Positions 57,041 through 64,000 of a stretch of DNA of 64,000 nucleotides are shown one piece after another. Both the position numbers and the translations under genes were made by a program. Source of the DNA: Cyanidioschyzon merolae (lineage: Eukaryota). Under the pieces are notes generated by a model, which saw only the letters and a list, made by a program, of their open reading frames with translations, was not told where the DNA came from and made no database searches. Positions within the stretch are counted from its first letter, which is position 1. The number at the start of each line of letters is the position of its first letter. The stretch lies in the NCBI GenBank assembly GCA_000091205.1, contig AP006502.2; one strand, given 5' to 3'.

Positions 57041-58758
57041 TTTCGAGACTGCGCCATCGTCATCGGCATTCAAGCGAGGATTTATAGTGTCATATACTGG
57101 AGCTTCAACTTCAGAAAGCCCCAAAGTATACTTTTGTTCGCAAGGGCAAAGCCGTTTTCCTTGACATACCCACACCTTTTGATATGCGTGTCGTTCTCTG
57201 CATCGCGTATTCGCCAAGTCATATGTCTAGCGCCTGCAACTCCCATCCATGCATATCCAGGCTACTTTGAAAGTGAATCTTGGACATTTCCGTGCCGTTG
57301 GACACTGCTGCAGGACGTTGGTTTGTTTCGGAGGTACAGTTTGTGGCGCTTGCCTTGGACGGATTCTTCGGAATGTGAACGATGAATTGATGGATTCGGT
57401 AGATGCGCTTGTACGTACCGTTCGTGGTCGCTGGGCTCTTCAGACGGGCATCAGGGACCGAAGCCTGTTGACGTTTTGGCGCTCCGGCAGGGAGCAAAAC
57501 GCCTCGGAATGAGTTCCAGTGCCACGTGGCTCACTGGAAACATGGATCCTGTCAGACGACGTCATCTTTACCGTAGATTCATGGATGGGCATTACCCTGG
57601 AGAAGCATCCAGCAAGCCTCATTGCTGGACAATTGATACCGGATCACCGATGAGCGACATGCGCTCACGAGTACCGTTGACGCAGCGCAAACGAACGATC
57701 TCGTCATTGCGGAATTCTGCAATGATGCCAGCGATAAAGGCCTGGGGGCTCTGTCACCACGATACATTCATCGGAAGCGCATGCCGTCCAGTGTTTTCCA
57801 TGCTTCTATCTTCTGATCAGGGAAAAGACTCTTTTTGCGCCAGCGTTTGCAACTTGCGCGGCTAAACGTTGGCAACGAACTGATCAAGGGCGTCTGGCTT
57901 AGGCCCAGCAACCCTTCACGGTTTCTAGAGCACCTGAAGGCTCGGCACACGCTCATGAGCGTACCGAGCGATATATACATTCAAGAGCATCATCCGATAG
58001 AATCCTCGATCAACGTAAAAGATGCTCACTGCGCGAACCGAATTTCCTGTTGCATGGACATGCGTCGTACCTGTGGGCGAGGTTACCACTTGCCAGCGAT
58101 TGTCCCGCATTCAAGGCGGCACTTGACCGTGCTGCCACGTCCCAGGCAGCGCTCACAGCAGACTCGACACCCAGACGTTCGCATGAACTGACGAATACCT
58201 CGAGAGGAAACGAGGGGTGACGGTGCTGGTGGCGCCGACGGCGATGGCAGCTGCGGCATCTAGAGGCTGGTGAGACTTCAAGCTACGTCGCGACACGTCG
58301 GACGCGTTTCCACATACCAATAAACGTCGTGCTATCCGGGCTCGCTGGCTCGCGTCAATGATCCTAAACCCCTCAAACAGGGAACGCTGCACTGCTTTTG
58401 CCAACGACACACGCTTCCATTCATGTGACACAATCGACAAGTCGCTCTCGTGTCCGAGGTCCTGGTAGACAACACCTCACGGGATGCCCTACTGCTTTTC
58501 TTCCGATAACATAACCTTTACAATGACTACGAATCCCGGTTTGACACATGGATATGCCCTGCTGATCCGCAGCGCTCTCGAGATGGAGCGCAGCGGAACG
58601 CGTCGCGATGCCGTCGATTCGAACGCGATGCCGCTGGTGACCGTACAAGCCTTGGGTGTATCGCTGAGCTGCATTCCTGGTGGTGAGCGCGTCCTCCAGC
58701 AAGCTTGGGACCTGGTTTGCGAATAGCGTCCGAGTGACGCTGCTTCTCTCGCTTCAAG

Positions 58759-61700
58759 ATGGCTTTCTGGGAGCAATGCAAGCGGTTGCTAATTTTCATA
58801 CTTAAACTTCTTATTTCGGAAAAGTCGAAAAACGCACTTCGCGTCGCACTGGTGTGTGCAGCGGTGTCTATTACGATCTTCTTCGCAGTACTCAGGTCAC
58901 GCCTGGAGTGTTATACGAACAACCTAGCTTATGTAGCGCTTGTGATTATCGCACAGCACCCGCATATAGGATCCGTTTTGCGCGCCGGTGCAATCCTTAG
59001 CCTTGCGAGTCTCATTGCGACGGTGTTCGGTCTTGTTGGTCTGGCGATGGCAGACAAAAGTGCAGCGGCGCTCTACTTTATAACCCTGGTGTTTGCGGGA
59101 ATTGCAACCATTCTTCGAACGGACACCAATCCGATCTCTCCTGGTATGGGCATCTCGATTAACTTTCTGTTCGGGGCAATTTTCATTTTCTACGTGAAGA
59201 CGCCTCCATCCGAGGCCTGGGATCGAACGTACCCCACATTACTATCAGGTCTCTTTGCTTCTGCTGCATCACTGATTGGCGCGATCCTCATTTTTCCAAA
59301 GTCTGCTCGCCGGAGTCTTCGGACGGGACTGGCGGCTAGTCTACGAGAAACCGGGGACGTCTTGCGGGATCTACGAGAAACGCTTCAAAAGCCGCCGAAG
59401 GATCGCCAGTTCTCTATCTCGATCGAGTCGGAAATGGGTGGACAGAGCTTTGCTCCGGCGGCGCTTGCCAAAGTGCAAAATCTGCGAGCAGCTCTAGCGC
59501 AGCATCGAGTGATGCTTTCGTATATGCCTTTCGAGCCGAACCTGCTGCCTCCGTGGCAGTGTGAGCCTGATAAAGCCTGGAGCCGCCTGATAGACGCCGT
59601 AGAGGACTTTGTATTTCAGGTGGATGCGATTGTCTGTGTGTTCGCCAATGAACAGGCGTTTATATCGGAAGCTCTCAACGAGCTCTTTAGCGATTCGATT
59701 CAAGTCATGGTCGATTTCCTCGAAGCAGCGACAGAGAGCGCTCACAAGCTTGCAGATTCTATACAGGCCTATCCGCGAGCCCTGGATACCGATGTTGTGC
59801 TGACACGTCCAATGCGCCGACAGCTGAACCGGGTCATTGCTAGAGCGCGCCATCAGCGCTGGCAGGCGCTTCGTTACGAAGACCGGGATCGAGATGTGAA
59901 TCCCGCCTCGGCTTATGAATTTGCCTCCTTGATTTTTGTTGCATACAACATCCGTGCACTGCAGCGTCTTGTTGAGAATCTGAAGCAACGCGTATCGGAA
60001 CTTTTAACGGAACGTCGGCGACTGCGCTTCGCACCGATTGCCAACCTATTTCGATGGGTGCCGATGATCCTAATGGCGCCTGTACAGTCGTGGATGAAAA
60101 CGCATATCCTTTTGCGGAACCCGACAAATGCGAAATTTCTCATCAAATATCTTCTATGTGTAGCTATCATAACATTCCCGACGCTTTTTGTATCCCAGTT
60201 CTCGCACCGGGTGTACGCTTTCTTGCAGCACGATAACGCCATTTCTGCGTACATTATTGTGACGATCTTGTTTATGCGCGGCGTGGAGATGACGATATTC
60301 CGCGTGTTTCTCTACTTTACCGTGACCTTCGCTTCCTGCGCTTTGGCGTACGCTTTGACGGTTATGGCACCAACTGATCAGTACGTCATTGACATGTGGA
60401 TTGGTGTCTGGACCTGGGGTGCGCTGCTCGTGGCGTCCATTGACCCGGCGTATATTGTGACGACATTCCCTTTCCTGCTGGCCCAGTACTTTATAATCGG
60501 ATGCCAGTATGGACTCGGTTTTACATTTGTGTACGCGGCTTCTCGTGCTGTTTCGGTCTCTTGTGGCTGCTTCGTCGTTGCGGCAGTGAGCATTCTACTT
60601 TGGCCCTATCGAAGCGAAGAAGAAGTGCGCGCACTTCTGAGCCAGATTTTGACGTCCATTACCGAGCTATTCATCAAGACCAATGAAATATTTTTCAGAA
60701 TGAACAAGGAGGGCGGCAGTGCAATCTGGGAGGAGACCGGTGGTGCCGAAATTGAGTCGAAAATCCGTCAGACTGAGACGCTTATCACAGTCGTGAATCT
60801 GCGTATGATGCTCGATATCACACCGAACTACCGCAAGTCGTCGCTGCCGCAGGGCCTAGGCTGGGTGGCGCTGCTCATGCGACGTTTCTATTTGCTTCGC
60901 CAGGTTGTTCGCGCTTCTCCGCAGATTCGCGGCTGTTACAGCACAACCGCCTACGAGATGTTCCTGAAGCACCTGGAGCCAGAACTGGAAGTAATGCTCA
61001 ATGAGTGGAAGCAGACCGCTGAGTTTGCAGCGGAGCGGCTCCGATGCCGGCGAATTAACCGTCCGCCGCCCGACAAGCTTCTAGAGGCACTGCACCGTCT
61101 GCGGAGCGCCCGCGCTGGTGTCATCACAAAGTACGCTGCGGTCCGTTGCGATATGCTTCGACGCTGGCGTGAAAGCTTGATCGCGTTCCATCTGCATTCT
61201 GTAGATACCCGTCGAAGCGACGAATCTTCAACGGAACCGAAACACGACGGATCACTGACAGCAATATCCAGTGACTCGAGTTCGAGTCCGACGAACGAGC
61301 AATGCACTGAAAGAAATCCAATCGTGATTTCTCCGTCCAAGGACGCTGACACCCCGAATGTCATGGAGCCGGGCATGGACGTGGTTGCAGAACGCATGGA
61401 CACAGTGGATCTGGGACCTCCGGACCTCCACCCAGATGACTCGGTCCGCTTTCTCGCTTGGCTGTATGCGACGCGGCTCATGTATACGGCATTCGACTGC
61501 GTAAGCGAAGCCATTGGTAATCTGCGTTATGGCCCGCGTCGACGAACTCGTTGGCAGCGCCTGTGGCTACGACTCGCTGGTAAGAGCGGCCGTGATCATC
61601 GTCCAAAATCGTCGTCGACGTCGAAGGCATCGAAATCATCGGACGAAAAAGCGCATTCAGCTTCTGATAATGTGCAACCAACGGAAAACGAATCCAATGC

Positions 61701-61821
61701 GAGGCCGGACCCCGACGACGAAGAAGCCTCAGCTGTGGAGGTACGAACCAGCAACCAGGTAGCGAATACTGCGCCTTCCATCTCTGGTAGTCGTAAGGAC
61801 GCCGGTCACTATGCTTGCTGA
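58759..61821 (+). CDS. Large integral membrane protein with two 6-TM clusters separated by a cytoplasmic linker (ArAE/FUSC/ALMT-like putative organic-anion exporter) and a low-complexity acidic/basic C-terminal tail.
   Basis: TM cluster 1 spans about aa 25-180 (ALRVALVCAAVSITIFFAVL ... LLSGLFASAASLIGAILIF). TM cluster 2 spans about aa 455-610 (FLIKYLLCVAIITFPTLFV ... SVSCGCFVVAAVSILLW). This architecture is typical of the aromatic-acid-exporter / fusaric-acid-resistance fold. The assignment rests on topology only. Confidence 0.5.
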   Translation: MAFWEQCKRLLIFILKLLISEKSKNALRVALVCAAVSITIFFAVLRSRLECYTNNLAYVALVIIAQHPHIGSVLRAGAILSLASLIATVFGLVGLAMADKSAAALYFITLVFAGIATILRTDTNPISPGMGISINFLFGAIFIFYVKTPPSEAWDRTYPTLLSGLFASAASLIGAILIFPKSARRSLRTGLAASLRETGDVLRDLRETLQKPPKDRQFSISIESEMGGQSFAPAALAKVQNLRAALAQHRVMLSYMPFEPNLLPPWQCEPDKAWSRLIDAVEDFVFQVDAIVCVFANEQAFISEALNELFSDSIQVMVDFLEAATESAHKLADSIQAYPRALDTDVVLTRPMRRQLNRVIARARHQRWQALRYEDRDRDVNPASAYEFASLIFVAYNIRALQRLVENLKQRVSELLTERRRLRFAPIANLFRWVPMILMAPVQSWMKTHILLRNPTNAKFLIKYLLCVAIITFPTLFVSQFSHRVYAFLQHDNAISAYIIVTILFMRGVEMTIFRVFLYFTVTFASCALAYALTVMAPTDQYVIDMWIGVWTWGALLVASIDPAYIVTTFPFLLAQYFIIGCQYGLGFTFVYAASRAVSVSCGCFVVAAVSILLWPYRSEEEVRALLSQILTSITELFIKTNEIFFRMNKEGGSAIWEETGGAEIESKIRQTETLITVVNLRMMLDITPNYRKSSLPQGLGWVALLMRRFYLLRQVVRASPQIRGCYSTTAYEMFLKHLEPELEVMLNEWKQTAEFAAERLRCRRINRPPPDKLLEALHRLRSARAGVITKYAAVRCDMLRRWRESLIAFHLHSVDTRRSDESSTEPKHDGSLTAISSDSSSSPTNEQCTERNPIVISPSKDADTPNVMEPGMDVVAERMDTVDLGPPDLHPDDSVRFLAWLYATRLMYTAFDCVSEAIGNLRYGPRRRTRWQRLWLRLAGKSGRDHRPKSSSTSKASKSSDEKAHSASDNVQPTENESNARPDPDDEEASAVEVRTSNQVANTAPSISGSRKDAGHYAC

Positions 61822-63249
61822 CGGATTACCTAGGATCGAGTTATCGACGCTAGATAGCTCCATGAAAATCAACTCTCACATATGGTGTTTGCCCAGTGAA
61901 CCCACTCCCGATGCGGTAGATATTCGATATTCACGTCTCGCTGGGTTGCTGAAGCATACCATACCGCTTCCTTGCGTCACGCGAGAATAAATGCCCGCTC
62001 TCCCGGCCTCTGATAGTTTTCATTGCAAGTCGCCAGCGTTTCGGACCAGCGCCTTCAGTGAGTGCTAAACGATTCCATTAAAAATTTGCTTGGAACCCGG
62101 AGCCTCTCGACGTTTCACCAGCACGAGTCATCTCCCTATATTGATCCAGGGGTTCAGGTCTGAGCTAAGAAAGGGTCTGCGCGCATGGCTGCTCGTGAAG
62201 TTGCATCGTAGCGAGCCGCTCATCGTAGATCGCGTCTCCATCTGACGTTCGCGCAGCTTCTCCGTACAACATATCGTGCGTCTGTCTCTGTTTCAAAGTT
62301 ATCGTCGCCGCCTATTTCAGTGTGCACTCGTGGTCATGAAGCTTGTACGCTATCCTATAGTAATCGATGGGCACTGTATACAATCGATTCCAGCATTCGT
62401 TGAACGCTGTCGATCAGGGTGCAGGATTCCAGCCTATACGATCCAGAGCTCGCCCAGCGCCATAGGTTATCACCACACGAAGCGACCTGTAGGTCATGAC
62501 CTTTGCCTCCGAATCGAACAAGTTGACGAATGAACGCTTCTTGCCTCCATACGACGGAACTCACTGGTGACCGAGGCGGAGTCTCACGCAATCCTGCCGC
62601 AATTCGTCCGCATGAACCACTGTTCGTGCTTATGTACGCTCTTAGAAGGAGGCCTGCAAAGCGTCCTTCGATGTTCGAATCGGTGCTCAGCGCGCCGCGA
62701 CGGGGCTCGCCGTCGACATTCCACTTGTTGGCGGGCGCCCTGGAGTCCTCCAAGCTCAGCTCCCCATAATGCCGATCCCTGGAAAATTTGAGCCCATTCA
62801 TCTGCCTCCCGTTCGGGTTTTCCGCACCTGACCCCAAAGTATAGGGGAACAGCTACGGCTATGTTGATCGTAGACTAGGGATGCGCACGCACCGCGACAT
62901 AGTTCTCTTCACCTAGCTTAAACAGTTGGTAACGAGTCTCTGTCTGTTCGACGATAGCCTGGTTTTCACGAAATGCACACTGGTGGATTTACCGTCGGTC
63001 TCGATTGTCTCTGAATATATCATCCGATTTCCTCATTGCAAACAAGAAACGTTGATCGCGCTCCGCCAATGCTCTTGGCATTGTCGTTCGAATGCTTCAC
63101 ATCTGGACGCAGAGATCGGCCAAAGTTTTCCTGAAACGGCCATGCAGCGCAACCCGCCAGTGTCTATGGTGATGGAATGAGTCGTGATATGAAGTATTGG
63201 GACTACATCGGATCGACGCCAGATGAGGTCAGGACACGCGCACATGGGA

Positions 63250-64000
63250 AGCGAGTCTGCACTGCTCGACAGAGGGCGCTCTTCCTCGACATGTCATCGC
63301 GCGAGATGCATCGCGCTTCGCCATCATGTACTAGTCATCATCCGGATATGACTTGCGTCCATTCGAGCCCGAAAGCATCGCCATCAGCTTGGGTGTACAG
63401 TGCCAACGCTCGCTTTCGTTCCGGCATCTCTATCAACGTCGCGACGACCGTGAGCGTTTCCGTCGCCGCTCGCAAGTCGTTCGCCTCCGTCGACGCCCAC
63501 GGGATCTGTGTCACCAGTCGCCACTCTGGGAGGCGAGTATGATGATTCCACACAAGCGTCCATGAAGCGCTTCATACAGCGCTCGGCATGGATCCGCGGA
63601 TTGTTTTCCTTTTCGAGGCCTGCTCTGATACTTTCTGGTACCTGCGCTGTACGTGTTCTTATCGCCAATGCGCCGCTGCGACGCGTCGAGATGTTCTGGG
63701 AAGCTTGTGTCCAAAAAACGTGATTTTGCGGTACCAAGACCGCATTGCGTCCTCTGTCCCGAATACCGGTTGTGCTGACGCTTGAAAGTCAGCTCGAAAG
63801 CTTTCAAAAGAAAAACCGACAGCTGGGCGCCCTGCCTCCTGAACTCCTACGAACAAGCGCCTTCTGGGGTACGTCACAGCGAGGGAGCGTACGCAAGGCG
63901 TTGTCGAGAAACACGCTACGCGATCCCCAGTGGTGCCCTGTGTCTCCGTTTTCGGAAGTCTCTCCCGCATGATGCCCGCTAGTAGAGAGGATTTGGCAAT
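63250..64000. repeat. Long direct repeat B, copy 2 (truncated by the window end).
   Basis: Matches 51688-52439 in the same orientation, 11562 bp downstream. Confidence 0.85.

Noticed and set aside
1-64000. A prokaryotic-style defence or novel operon system (CRISPR array, toxin-antitoxin, restriction cluster).
   Set aside because: The window is eukaryotic nuclear DNA (Nog2, DDX10, Myb, organelle-targeted HslU). The only periodic arrays are spacer-less satellites with identical units, so no CRISPR-like repeat-spacer structure exists. The only defence/mobile-like element supportable is the Fanzor/TnpB relic.

Overview
The window reads as eukaryotic nuclear DNA, not a prokaryotic locus. It is moderately GC-rich by eye. 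Long ORFs with no visible introns lie on both strands, several carrying low-complexity Ser/Ala/Gly-rich extensions, and the gaps between them are long and repeat-rich.

Seven proteins are clearly recognisable:
- a family-I inorganic pyrophosphatase fused to an FBPase-like domain with a degenerate active site; it runs off the 5' edge of the window
- a mitochondrial-type HslU AAA+ ATPase
- the nucleolar GTPase Nog2
- the DEAD-box helicase Dbp4/DDX10
- an R1R2R3 Myb protein
- a sphingosine-kinase-like lipid kinase
- an AUR1/IPC-synthase-like PAP2 protein

Less certain calls are a degenerate ABC half-transporter, a 2x6-TM ArAE/FUSC-like membrane protein, a 4-TM His-rich DUF4079-like protein with a presequence, and a small CXXCXGXG zinc-finger ORF.

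The most interesting non-housekeeping element is a decayed Fanzor/TnpB-like RuvC nuclease gene at 26.3-27.6 kb. It is a single reading frame interrupted by two in-frame stops.

Two independent pairs of long direct repeats each bracket a gene cassette. One pair is about 1.2 kb at 12.3 and 17.4 kb. The other is at least 750 bp, at 51.7 and 63.25 kb, and its second copy runs off the window. There are also two in-frame satellites (108 bp x7 and 81 bp x6) and several microsatellites or low-complexity tracts.

I could not support any tRNA or rRNA gene, CRISPR array or prokaryotic defence island. The organism is not identified. An intron-poor protist or alga, possibly plastid-bearing, is inference only.
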